DNA of 63,935 nucleotides, filler included, from Lenisia limosa (lineage: Eukaryota > Protista > Breviatea): NCBI GenBank assembly GCA_001655205.1. It is 18 parts of 18 records of this genome, joined end to end, with 100 filler letters (N's around TTAATTAATTAA, not from the genome) between each part and the next. Parts side by side here need not be neighbours in the genome. Positions count along the whole stretch, not along the records: positions 23,117 to 24,423 come from LPNZ01002917.1; positions 24,524 to 27,363 come from LPNZ01005060.1; positions 27,464 to 34,195 come from LPNZ01005182.1; positions 34,296 to 37,266 come from LPNZ01008724.1; 14 more parts are not named here. The stretch is one strand, 5' to 3'. How positions within the stretch are numbered: the stretch's first letter is position 1; each line of letters starts with the position of its first letter. The position numbers and the translations under genes were made by a program. Shown piece by piece: positions 23,117 to 34,949 of this stretch. The notes below the pieces were generated by a model. That model was not told the origin of the DNA. It made no database searches and was given only the letters and a program-made list of their open reading frames with translations.

Positions 23117-24350
23117 TACTAAAAGTCTTATGGAGAACTGAAGGTGAAGCTCTACGAAGAACTAGAGCTTCACTTCGCCCAAAAATACCGAATTTCTCGA
23201 TAAATCATCGAAAACTATCGATATTTCACCTAACAATGACAATGAACCAGGCTTTTTGCTAAGCAACCGCTGTACCTGAGGTCATGGTTGATGAATACTC
23301 CCTTAGGATCCACCCGATATGTCAAGTCATCTTCAGTGGCAGCAGCTGTAAGTGCTCTGGGGGGGGGGGGGGNNNNNNNNNNNNNNNNNNNNNNNNNNNN
23401 NNNNNNNNNNNNNNNNNNNNNNNNNNNNNNNNNNNNNNNNNNNNNNNNNNNNNNNNNNNNNNNNNNNNNNNNNNNNNNNNNNNNNNNNNNNNNNNCCCAA
23501 AACAAAACTCTGTTGGCTGACAACACAAGGGTTGAGTATTCACAGACCAAATAGTCTGAAAACGCCCAGTAAAATACAAAAACACAATAATGTTGTCATG
23601 GGGCATCAACCCTGCACCCCACACTACGCCAGCCTTCAACCCCACCCCCACTCACCTGGTTGATATAAACTGATCCACCAATGAGTTAATCTAAAGCAAT
23701 CAGAATGGGAGATGCGGCGATCAGATTCATTTCATCAACATAATTATTTTTAAAAGTATTTACTCAATTTCTTTTGCTAATTTATAGTGTTAAAAGCATC
23801 AGCCCTACGCGCACCCTGCGTCGGCGCTCAGTTTGGGGAAATCTCTCCAAGTCATCTTCATCACTTAAGCACTAAAGAAATGAGCGAAATTTAATTTTAA
23901 AATGGGGAAGAGCAAGGATCATTAACAGTATTGCCACCCACTCTAGACACTTCTCGAGCTTTCATCCATCTGTCACGCCATTCCTAAAGGGTGAACTNNN
24001 NNNNNNNNNNNNNNNNNNNNNNNNNNNNNNNNNNNNNNNNNNNNNNNNNNNNNNNNNNNNNNNNNNNNNNNNNNNNNNNNNNNNNNNNNNNNNNNNNNNN
24101 NNNNNNNNNNNNNNNNNNNNNNNNGTCAGGAAGCTCCTTTCTGCAGTAAAGTATCCATTGAAACTAGCATCATAAAGAGTAAAGTCTTTTTTGAAACTAG
24201 GATCATAGAGATCCGGCGGTTGAACTAAGCTCTACGCCGCCCACATCAAGGGGTAGATTGGAGTCCATCATTCCGATGTAGCTGTTGTCATCGACGCAGT
24301 CGAAGTGCGACAGACCAATGTCACCACCAAGGAGAAGGTTACCTGTGAAA
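23117..24350 (-). CDS. Multi-exon gene fragment, unknown function
   Basis: Exons GNLLLGGDIGLSHFDCVDDNSYIGMMDSNLPLD, EWRDRWMKAREVSR, CLSDEDDLERFPQTERRRR, INSLVDQFISTR, ALTAAATEDDLTYRVDPKGVFINHDL with canonical splice sites. Confidence 0.65.
23165..23230. mobile_element. MITE family A, left part
   Basis: TA-GAGCTTCACTTCG...AATTTCTCGATAAATCATCGAAAACTATCGATATTT. Confidence 0.7.
23496..23570 (-). repeat. Family B copy upstream of a poly-C acceptor
   Basis: Reverse complement CAACCCTTGTGTTGTCAGCCAACAGAGTTTTGTTTTGG. Confidence 0.75.
24138..24210 (+). repeat. Family S, 2 units with leader
   Basis: TTTCTGCAGTAAAGTATCCATTGAAACTAGCATCATAAAGAGTAAAGTC...GAAACTAGGATCATA; a single unit also at about 24667-24698 on the next scaffold. 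Confidence 0.8.
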
Positions 24351-24565
24351 TAAGGCTAAATAAAGAAAAAGGAAAGGGAAAAGAAAGGAAAACGAAAGGA
24401 TACGGAAAGGATAACGATGGGATNNNNNNNNNNNNNNNNNNNNNNNNNNNNNNNNNNNNNNNNNNNNTTAATTAATTAANNNNNNNNNNNNNNNNNNNNN
24501 NNNNNNNNNNNNNNNNNNNNNNNAGTATACTTTCGGAACAGAAGTCTTCCAACACTACCACTCAC

Positions 24566-27090
24566 CATCAGAGATAACGGTTCGTCTTGTGTCAACGGCA
24601 TTGCTGCAAAGGAGAAGTCTCCCTGAAAAAGTGTGAATTCTTCATTTTCCTTTTCAAAAATTTCTCTTTCAGTAACTCTATTGAAACTAGGATTATAAAT
24701 TTTTCATGGAAAGGATACGCTGTTTAGGTACGATTATTCCATGTAAAGGGGTGACTATTTCCTGGTGAAAACATGAGTAGAGCCTCTATTGCTTTTGTTA
24801 AATTCACCTACATTAGAAAGAAGAAGAAAGGTGTACATTATCAGTGGCCCATCAGGATCACAATCCTCTTATAAAAATATGCAGAACAATATTCACAATC
24901 CATCGGGGCACAAACCTCAGATTTGCTCTTCTTGTTGTTGGTTGAAGAATGGCGGAAGGTGAAGAAAAGATGGCACTTTGGCACCTCCTCAGCGGACAAC
25001 GCGATACACACGGTCTCATCCCTGGAAACATAAGTATTTTATATTTTTATTTTTTGGAGAGATTATGTGGAATGATTTGTATTTGAAATGGAGCTCTCGT
25101 TTCAATGTCAAAATTTTTTAAAGAATTTCTCGATTAAATACAAGAAGTCCTTCAAATAGGAAGGCAAAAAAAGGCAATCTCAAACTCACCATTTCGGCTC
25201 ATTGGTGTGGTAGTAGATGGTAGACTCAAACTGCGTGGTGGTGATGTTGTTGCTACAGAGTCTGATAGCGTTCTACAAGGTAAGGAGGGGCCCGAAGTTG
25301 TAACCGGAAGCAGCATATGGTATTAAGGAGGGGGAAAGCCCTCCTACATACGTGTACATATATCTCCCATTACCTTCACCCTCCCTTCACCCTATCCCCC
25401 AGACCTTGACAGGAGCTCCGGTCTCATCTCGAACTTCGATCACAGCTTCCACGTTCTTTGCGGCCGTTTTCCGGTCCTGAACCGAGTAAGAGATGTCAAA
25501 ATTGCTAAAAATCAAAAATGCTCACAAATTTTCCTTCACAGTGACATTATCAAAATCTGGTATAAACTGGAAAAATGAAAAAAAGACATGCATGATCTCG
25601 ATAGGGATAAGTCATGACACGGATAATCAGCTTTATCTTTTGTAAATCATGTCAGGACTTATCACGGTCACAATATACCTTTGTTAGTACCTAGTATACC
25701 AAGCCTCTCGCACCTGTAAGAAGACTCCAGATTCAAGAGTACAGTAAAGTTCGTGCTGAATATGCCCGGGAAGAATGACGTCAGGTAAGCGCGAAATAGG
25801 GGTCATGACCTGCCTTGATGAATATAGGGAGATGGAAAATAGAAAAGATAGTATCGGGCCAAAGCCGTCCATTCACACCATTACGCTTCAAAGAGATATT
25901 GAACTAATTGCTTGTGAATAGAATCAAGAAACGAGAAATTAGCAAACGATCTTAATCAGTCAGACATTCCAATAAATGAATTAGCTAGCTAAAGGGTGGG
26001 GGGATATAAAGAGGAGAAGATAAAGGAAACGTTATGGCTTGGGCTTCCCTACAGTGGTTGAATTATTTATTACAAACATGCACCCTGTGTTATGCCCAAT
26101 ATTATATTTTGTGATAATTGAATTTAACGAACTGTCTTGCAATAAAAAAAGTTAAGAATTCCAGAAAACAATAATAACCCAGTACCCACAGAGTTGTTGA
26201 TATCTGGGTGGTCATGAGTGACAGAAGCGAGAGGTGCGGCGTAGATGGTTAGTCCGACACATACCCCCTTTCCGTCCGTAATGGGCTTGACTTGTGCAAT
26301 GTCTCCTCGGAGAACACCTGGTAGGGTGGGGGGGTTACACTTGGGGAGTACAATGGACAATATATGACACAAACGTGTCCAGATTCAACTCTACTAGTTT
26401 AACGAAATCCACTCCTCTGAAAACAAAACATCTGCAGCATCGCATCGCATCACTCCAACGTATAAAAGCGCCCCCCCCCCCANNNNNNNNNNNNNNNNNN
26501 NNNNNNNNNNNNNNNNNNNNNNNNNNNNNNNNNNNNNNNNNNNNNNNNNNNNNNNNNNNNNNNNNNNNNNNNNNNNNNNNNNNNNNNNNNNNNNNNNNNN
26601 NNNNNNNNNNTTCCATAGCACCAAAGCTGATTTGCAACACCAAAGCTGATTTACCCGCAAACAGGCGGCGATGTTGGAGAAGCTGTTATCATTGTGGGCC
26701 TGGTATATGGGCACAACATGCTCGGCCTCCCTGCCGCTGCTATTGGAGACAATGTGGGGGGCAAGAGGGAGGACGGCCACTCCGAAAGGCCTGCGAAACT
26801 ACCAAGTGAAAATCGGTTAGAATAAAGTGAAAATTGATTAGAATAAAGTGAAAATTGATCAGAATAAGCTCAATACATATCTTTCATACCCCCAACCCTC
26901 CCTTCAGGTTCATGTCACCTTCCCCAGGTTCTAAACCCTCACCATCATCATCATCATCATCATACTCATCATCATCACCACCACCATTACCAGCCTCCCC
27001 CACATACCAGGTTCTGGGTCTTCTGTTTGGAGTCGTCTGTAACCATTTTGCCCTTTCTGATGATTCGGCAAACCAGGGCCAGTTCTAAAG
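24566..27090 (-). CDS. DOCK-family (DOCK-A/B type) Rac GEF, DOCK_N to C2/DHR-1 region, internal fragment
   Basis: LALVCRIIRKGKM, FRRPFGVAVLPL, GVCVGLTIY, RLPDVILPGHIQHELYCTLESGVF (cf. FPEIIMPGDVRNDIYVTL), KTAAKNVEAVIEVRDETG, FESTIYYHTNEPKWDETVCIAL, CHLFFTFRHSS are colinear with DOCK1-5 C2 region motifs. Confidence 0.9.
25603..25672. mobile_element. Family T degenerate copy (DOCK intron); related fragment at 22625-22683
   Basis: GGGATAAGTCATGAC...GTCAGGACTTATCACGGTCAC; 22625-22683 aligns to 25617-25675. Confidence 0.6.
26794..26857 (+). repeat. About 20-bp tandem repeat x3 in DOCK intron
   Basis: AAGTGAAAATTGATTAGAAT-like units. Confidence 0.85.
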
Positions 27091-27101
27091 GGTACTAAGC
27101 A

Positions 27102-27191
27102 GGGCTTCATTTCGGTACCCAGAAAGACTTATGGGGATATATTGAGGTTATTCAAGGATTTATCAAGAATTGATCAATAATTTTAAGCTCT
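27102..27191. mobile_element. MITE family A, degenerate copy
   Basis: GGGCTTCATTTCGGT...AAGCTC-TA. Confidence 0.55.
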
Positions 27192-27463
27192 AATATTGAG
27201 TATTGTGGGGACGGCTTTTGTCAATCAAAAACCCTTAAAAAATATCAACATATTGGACGCATATTAGAGTAATCTCACAGTCAATTTATTCAAGTACAGT
27301 ATCTATATCTTGACAATCCCCTCCCAACAAATTTCCTTTGTTATACCCCCCCCCCCCTATGGCNNNNNNNNNNNNNNNNNNNNNNNNNNNNNNNNNNNNN
27401 NNNNNNNTTAATTAATTAANNNNNNNNNNNNNNNNNNNNNNNNNNNNNNNNNNNNNNNNNNNN

Positions 27464-30400
27464 TTACCGTTGAAGCCGTCGTAGCCACTTATGAGGATGC
27501 GGGTAGGGGATGGTCGTTGGTTTGTTTTTAGTTTCCCGAAAGATTTAAACACTTTATCTTACTCGTTTAGAACTTCTGGCGAATAACGTAGAAATTGGAT
27601 ACCCTGATAGCGAGGGACTGGTTGGAATGGGCTTCTTTTGTTGGCAATTTTTTTATTAGTATATTTTTATTTATTGTTTTGTAACTTTTCCATTTTTACC
27701 CGCCCTTTCCACCCCAGGTGACGCTGGAGTTCAGCCGATTGGTCTTCCAGAGGGGCGAGAACGAGAATTACAATCTTCAGTTTAGAGTGCAGGAAATGCC
27801 TTTCGTAGGAAATGGGGAGAGGAATTTCTATTAAACTTGATATCCGGTAGGACGGGTTTATCAATTGGATATTTCGTATCATAGGTGTAAATTGTAAGAC
27901 AGGAAAACAAATATACAATATAAATGATAAATTTGATACTCTCTAAATGTTCAAATTTTTGGATATCATGAAATTAAATTTGATTGTTTTACCAACGGTT
28001 CGTTTTGAATCACCCTACATCTTTGTGAAAATGGCAATAATAAAAAATGGCATTATTGGCCAATGTTGTAAACATCAACTTGCATAAAAGATCGGGTTGT
28101 GCTCAAGCGATTATATTCCCGCTGCTAAAATTCAGATATTTTTTTCACAAAAAACAAAACCCCCCCAGATGCAGCTGGTTGGTACTTTCTTCCCTCTGCC
28201 TCGTTCTCCACCNNNNNNNNNNNNNNNNNNNNNNNNNNNNNNNNNNNNNNNNNNNNNNNNNNNNNNNNNNNNNNNNNNNNNNNNNNNNNNNNNNNNNNNN
28301 NNNNNNNNNNNNNNNNNNNNNNNNNNNNNNNNNNNNNNNNNNNNNNNNNNNNNNNNNNNNNNNNNNNNNNNNNNNNNNNNNNNNNNNNNNNNNNNNNNNN
28401 NNNNNNGGCTGTGATCGAGCAGCCAAGCCTGGGTCTGATGGTTGTTAGCCAACTATTATAAGGGCATCACTTCTGTTCGAAAAATACCAGTAAAAGACCG
28501 ATAGTATTCGAAGATTTATCGAAGAATTCCGTCTTTTTTCGAACCGAAGTGAAGCCCTACTCACCATCTTGCCCCTTTCACCCCTGACCTTCTCATTACC
28601 CCATATCTCCCCATCTGACACCCATCTTACCCCCAGGGGGCCTACCTGGCTCATCAGCCCAATTGGACAAGGCCAAGGGCGGCATTGTCGGTCTCAGAGA
28701 TCTGCCCTTCAAAGTGTCTGCTAAATCCGAGGTAGGCTTGGTAGTATGTGCAGTAAGCTCTGGTTTTTGTGTTAAGGTGCTTTATTTTGGGATTCCAAAG
28801 ACCGTTTCATTTTTTAATATAAATGTATGTATATCATGAACTCAGTCGATTGTACTATGTTCATTTTTCCACGCCTTTCCCAACCCTTTAGAATGGTGTG
28901 TATTTGAGCAACACACCAGTCGAGCTGAGTATCCACCCTGCGTATAAATATTCTGACGTGAGCTGATTCATCCAATTTTGACATGGCCTTTTTTTTTCAC
29001 CATATTATATTACTTCTATTTGAGTTTGGTAGTATTATTATTTGATGATTAGAATATATTCTTCTGAGATTACATATTTGGTTAGAATTGGCATACCCGC
29101 TCAAAGCAGCAGGTTTTCTATTCCATTTGACTTTGAGATTGTTTTGTACACTTATTTCACTCGCAGGATTGCTTTACCTGTTTGGACAATAAAATCGTGA
29201 ACGGTCTAGCAAGTTTGGGAATGGGTAGGTGGCGTGAAAATGGAATGTTGCCGTGTAATTGAGTTCTAAAGAGATTCTGTTTACGAAATTGAGCATTATT
29301 ATCCATTTTCAATGCTCCCTTTTTCCAATCTTGTTCGTTTTTTCTCATTAACCGAACGTACTTTAGAATCTTCGATCCATACACTAGCCGGTCTTTCCAC
29401 CACCGTCACGTCACTGTGTTCAGAGCTATGTGTCCCTCTTGAAGCCTGTAAGCAACAACGTTCTTTATAGAACATGATGTACAAGACATGAAATATAATC
29501 TCGGAAAACCAAAAATGCGACATAGACAAATCAAAATGCTCCATCACCTGCGATACAATGCTTTTTCTTACACGCCACACCCCTTTTACATAATACTCGG
29601 TCCATCGTTGATCAATTTACCTCAAGGAAAATATGATTTTCGGTCAAGACTTAACACCATGGACCGTACAATTGTTTAATTATTAGTACGGCTTCTCTAC
29701 GGTCCCAAAAAAAGACCGAATCTCCCGATAAATCCTCGATAAATATCGATATTTAAACGGTCTTTTTTGGACCTTTGTTCACCCTTTAGGGGGAGGAGCC
29801 AACCCAACCATCACACCCATGATCGGTTCCACATCTATTGATGGCACTTTCTCTGTGGCGGTCAAGTTCATATCCGCCCTATCAGGTAAGGCCGATTTTC
29901 GATGAAAATCTGACGTATGCCCCAAAAATTGCATTCTGGATTATTATTATTATGCACAGTTGCATATCTCCTAAAAGCGTGATGTGGGCGGCGTCGGCCA
30001 GATAATACCTATTTTGAGTTCTTATCTCCACGTGTAACATTATATACATACCGATATGAAGTAGTAGGATGAAATATGATTGTATAATTGTGAATCGATT
30101 TTATTCGGAAACATAACGCAGTAGGCTTGATGTAATGTTCAATCAGTAACCATTTTAGGGCAATATGTTCTTCGATTCACTTCTGGAGATGCCAAGGTAT
30201 ACACAGAACCCTTTACTCTTACAAACCCTGTTAGCAGTATCGAGGTTAGAGGGGGGGAGATTAATCTGTCTTTTTTCGCTACCCAACATTCAGAAATAAC
30301 TGTCAGTTGAAATTGGCCTCTGCGATTTGTTATTGGAGGTTTATTTCCTATAGAAACGGGACTGATAATCGTGACCTTATTTATTAGATTGTTGAACAGC

Positions 30401-31100
30401 CAATCCCCCAGTCTAATGGCCTTGACGCACCTGAAGGACACGCAACTGTGGGTTTATTATTTGGGTGAGAAATTAATTCAGGTTATATCTGGCCAAAGCC
30501 GTCCACACCATCACGCTTAAAAGATAGATACCAAACCATCAATATCATTCACGGAATCGTGGGCTATAGGCGTGACATTGATTGATAAATGGGTACATTA
30601 TGACTTTCTCAAGTTATTTTTGTCTGAAAATGGAGTTAACGACAATTACATCTCTGATATTGTAGATTTCTTCTTTTGCGCTCGAGGAAACTCTCTCTCA
30701 ACCGTCTATCCAGGTCGGCGATGGTTCTGGTGTAGTTGCGATCGAATTGGTCTTGATGATGGTTGTAAAAATGACGGCTTAATAAGGTTATGAAGATAAT
30801 GAGGTTATACTATAATGACAGCTATTGATCATGATAGTGGTGGTAATGACAGTTAATGATCATGTCATAATAATGGTGTTTGGTTCAGATAATGTTGTTT
30901 TAATGGAGGTGATGATGATGATGATGTTGGATGGAGGTGGTGATGGTGATGATGATGGAGGTGGTGATGGTGATGGTGATGATGTGATTGTTGATGGGGA
31001 TAACGACCTGGGTATCAAACCTTCCTTGATTTCCTCCTCACCACCTAGATCAGTGTTGATCTTTCAACTTGGAGTGGGATCACAATGACCCAACAAAATC
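27464..31100 (-). CDS. Multi-exon gene, unknown function, 3' truncated
   Basis: Exon-like segments DQFDRNYTRTIADLDRRLRESFLERKK, CVKAIRLGDWLFNNLINK, VDTQLDWCVAQIHTILK, ADTLKGRSLRPTMPPLALSNWADEP, EIPLPISYERHFLHSKLKIVILVLAP; exon chain approximate. Confidence 0.55.
28462..28557. mobile_element. MITE family A, full copy
   Basis: GGGCATCACTTCTGTTCGAAAAA...TTTTTTCGAACCGAAGTGAAGCCC-TA. Confidence 0.88.
29689..29773. mobile_element. MITE family A, subfamily B copy
   Basis: GGCTTCTCTACGGTCCCAAAAAAAGAC...GTCTTTTTTGGACC. Confidence 0.78.
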
Positions 31101-31270
31101 CCCGGTTGGAATAGGGAATATAGCATTTGAAGGAAATATGACAATACTGGTTTACGCGGATGCGGCAGATTCGTGGATGTGAAATTGAATCTATGGGTGT
31201 TCGTGAGTTGTCAATATCCATAAAATTATTTGAGTATTGAATTTTGCATTTATGAGTGCATCATTTATGA

Positions 31271-34195
31271 ATGTCAAACAGTTGTGATTCGTTTGATGTC
31301 GTTTGGGCTTTTTTTTGTTTTATTTTTTTTAGTTCCATAATTTTGCCAACTTTACTCTCCCTGACATCATATAGTGAGGGTTGGGATACCAATGTACGTG
31401 TCTTCAAAAATCGAGATGATGAGGTGAGGGCAAGGGAGGGGGGGCTAGTCGAAGTTCCAAATTTCTGATATTCTATTATTTTCGGTTTGAGTCTCAATTT
31501 CATGTTGAGCCGACCTAAGATTCATCGCTAATTAAACAAAGCAGGTTATTCAGAGGGTATATCTATGGTGCTCTGGGTTGGCATATTATGGTTGTTTTTC
31601 TTGTGCCATATTTTCAAAAATTATACCTCAATGCAAACTTTCCAAGAAATTGTCACTAATGCTCACTCAACACAGAGTGATTACTACGAAAACAATCCAG
31701 AAGTTGCAGAAATCCGCAATGCTATTAAGGACGGCACTTATGAGAAAAGCGTCTACGAAATTCAGGAAGTATTTGTAACGGTAAGGGGTTCTGTCTTAGT
31801 ATGGCCTCTATTCAAATTTTACAATTTTGGGGCAGTTCTATTTTTGTTATGGCTTATATTGAATTTCTTGAATCCGTTGAAAATGTGTTTTTCTTGAGTT
31901 TTTTGGTTTTTGTGCGTAACTCTGTTTGCATTTAGATGTATCTGAGTCGTTATATAATATAGAATATTTGGTGGGGATTTCCAAAGGGCATAATGCGCGT
32001 TATACGTTATACAATTACCATTCCAGGACGAAGGAACTTGGACCGAGTCTCAATCCATGAAGTTTGAATATGACACCAATGTCACCTCCAACGCCGATGG
32101 CAAATACAATTTCAATAACTTCCAGTATGGGGTTTTGAAACTACAGATTAAATGTGTTCCAGTATGGGAGAGGGGGTACATCCAATAAACTATCTTGAGT
32201 AACAAGGAGTTACGTGTGATCTGACTCTTTTTTGCAGTATAACTTTTACCAATATTCTTCATCGAAATTTCCTTAGTTTTACCCCATTATTACAACTTTT
32301 GCTTCCAATTTTCTCCCCCCCCCCCCTTACCATTTAATATATTTCAGACTGTTATCCGGCGCCACGGCCCGGGTCTGTCTCGTGTTCCAAGTTGGCGGCA
32401 TGCAGTCTGGTATGGGGAGAGGTGGTAGTATATATCTCATTAGGGCTTTCCTACGGTCCGAAAAAGACCGGTAAAATCTCGAGGATTTATCGAGGATTCA
32501 TCGAGAAATTCAGTCTTTTTTGGGACCGTAGGGAAGCCCTATATCATATAAGGAGGAGGAGGTAGGTACGTGCGGTTTGACCATTGTTTTCTCCATTTTT
32601 TTTTGGAACATCATCCCCCATGTTTTTATTGTTATTTTCCAGGTCTGTCTTCGTCATTTTATGCCGTTAATCCTGATATTCCTGACACCTCTGAAATTGG
32701 TTAGTGTGGGAATTATCTCAAAGCCACAGCGATTTTTCATCGTCAGCTCTTTTATTACATTCCACCCAGCCTCATCCCCGCAGCCATCCGGAATTATATA
32801 CTGTAATCCATTACCTTCAGAAACATAATTCAATCTTTCACAAAGTACATAAAATCATCAATCAATCGACCTAATTTGAATATCTTGCATTTTAACTCAT
32901 ATCCATATCCACTAGTTATATTCATCATATGACCGACTTTCAAGTCGAAATGTTGAACGAAGATAACACGAGGGTTCATCCCGAGTGTGTCAGAGTATCA
33001 TTGAGACTTGTTGGTCAATTATCATACGAGTGGATATGAGGTATCATATCACTGCGTGGAAAGATAGTTCACACGTGTGAAAATGATCCAAAAAGTGATT
33101 TCATCATATACAAATCTCGCATCAACATAACGTACGCTGAAGTGATGGGATGCGGTGCTGCAGAAGCGTCTGGCGCTTTGTTTGTTTTGTTGAAATAAAA
33201 TTTCCAATTTTACTCCCTCCCCACAGCCAACACGGAGTCGATACTGTACTTCATGGCCTTCATCAACATCCCTCTTTTCCTCAGTAATGTGGTCAATCGA
33301 AGCCCCACATGGAACATTATTGGTTTGAGGGCTTCATTTTAAGTATATTTATGTTGATATTACGTTTAATTCATCTTTATTTTCATGAATAGTATCCTGA
33401 AATATTAATTTCACCCGTATTTTTTTTGTCGTATTGATGAACTCAGTAATTTAGCAGTTTTTTTTAACCCCCAACAGGGACAGTCTGGATTTTACCGCGT
33501 TTAGGCCTTCTGTTTTCAATGTTCCGCTGCTATCTCAACTATGAAGCCTACACCAATCCAAATACTGAAGTCATGTAGGCTAACAACACCCCTCTCCCCC
33601 ATGACACATGTGCATATTTACGTACGTTTCATTTTCGCATCATGTTTAGCCAACAGACCTAATTTCGGGTTTTGATGTTTTCATATAAATATTTTTATTT
33701 TTACATGGAGTGATGGGAAGTGCTGCAGAAGCGACTGGACTGGGCTTAGTTTGTTTTGTTGTAATCAACCCTCGTGTGTCCATAAATTTTCCATTTTTAC
33801 NNNNNNNNNNNNNNNNNNNNNNNNNNNNNNNNNNNNNNNNNNNNNNNNNNNNNNNNNNNNNNNNNNNNNNNNNNNNNNNNNNNNNNNNNNNNNNNNNNNN
33901 NNNNNNNNNNNNNNNNNNNNNNNNNNNNNNNNTGCCCATGCCGTCTTCTACTGGTTTAAAAACGTGAGGTGGAATTGTGCTTGCTGCGGTTCAAAAATGC
34001 AGAACCGGTTCGCTATTTCTTCCCTTTTTCTTAAATACTTAGCGAAGTAGTTATTTTTCTTGCTATGATATTTTATTTTCGATTCTTTAATCTCCTAAGA
34101 AAACAGGTTTTCTATTTTACCCCCACAGAAAACCAGGCGACACAACTTCATTAAGAAGTACTACCTCGTGCACGTCCGCAACCTCTTGAACCCCA
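31271..34195 (+). CDS. Multi-exon membrane protein gene, unknown family, 3' truncated
   Basis: Hydrophobic segments (WAFFCFIFFSSIILPTLL; LWVGILWLFFLCHIF; SILYFMAFINIPLFL; VWILPRLGLLFSMF) separated by hydrophilic loops; canonical splice sites. Confidence 0.6.
32443..32539. mobile_element. MITE family A, subfamily B, full copy with TA on both sides
   Basis: TA-GGGCTTTCCTACGGTCCGAAAAAGAC...GTCTTTTTTGGGACCGTAGGGAAGCCC-TA. Confidence 0.9.
33142..33226 (+). repeat. Family B intronic repeat ending at a splice acceptor
   Basis: GGGATGCGGTGCTGCAGAAGCG...AAATTTCCAATTTTACTCCCTCCCCACAG|exon. Confidence 0.8.
33645..33800 (+). repeat. Family B, head-to-tail units
   Basis: AGCCAACAGA...TTTTTAC followed by GTGCTGCAGAAGCGACTGG...CATAAATTTTCCATTTTTAC. 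Confidence 0.85.
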
Positions 34196-34465
34196 NNNNN
34201 NNNNNNNNNNNNNNNNNNNNNNNNNNNNNNNNNNNNNNNTTAATTAATTAANNNNNNNNNNNNNNNNNNNNNNNNNNNNNNNNNNNNNNNNNNNNGGGGA
34301 GGGGGGTAAAATGAAGGAAATTTCGAAGAATGTGGGGGTTTATGATTCATTCATGATTATTTGGTTGTTTTTTTGTGCGCAAACTGATCTCTTTAGTCCG
34401 ATTTGTCGGCTCTCTGACTTTCGAAGAGTTCGGCAATAAAGCTGGTGAGGGGGAGGGGGGATAAA

Positions 34466-34600
34466 GTTTGTTTGTTTTGTTTTGTTTCGTTTCGTTTTGT
34501 TTCGTTTCGTTTTGTTTTGTTTCATTTCGTTTCGTTTTGTTTTGTTTTGTTTTGTTTTGTTTTGTTTTGTTTTGTTTCGTTTTGTTTCGTTTTTTGTTTT
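34466..34600 (+). repeat. Compound pentanucleotide microsatellite (GTTTT/GTTTC)n
   Basis: Directly visible. Confidence 0.95.
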
Positions 34601-34949
34601 GCGAAGGATAAAGTTTGAGAGGGGTAATAAGGTGAGAGGGAACACAGTTTCAAAATACATAGAAATTATTGAGATTAATGATCAATATCCATCTTTCATT
34701 GGACTTCTTTTTACACTGTCAGAAAAACGATATATCGTTGTGGGCTTCCTTACCTCTCATTCTGCTTCGACCATTTACACCCGATCAGGTTCCCTTTTCT
34801 CTCTCAGTTTTGTGCGAATATTGGCTCCCCCTCCCCCCTTTTTGTTTTGTACTTATATGATATACCTTGTATTTTTTCCATTTTCTATTTATCTTGGTTA
34901 CTTTGAAATAATTTTGTGTTACCTCACTTCGGATCGAAAAATGAAGTCA

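Noticed and set aside
30825-31088. Met/Asp/Gly-rich ORF
   Set aside because: (GAT/GGT)n trinucleotide repeat within an intron of the opposite-strand gene.
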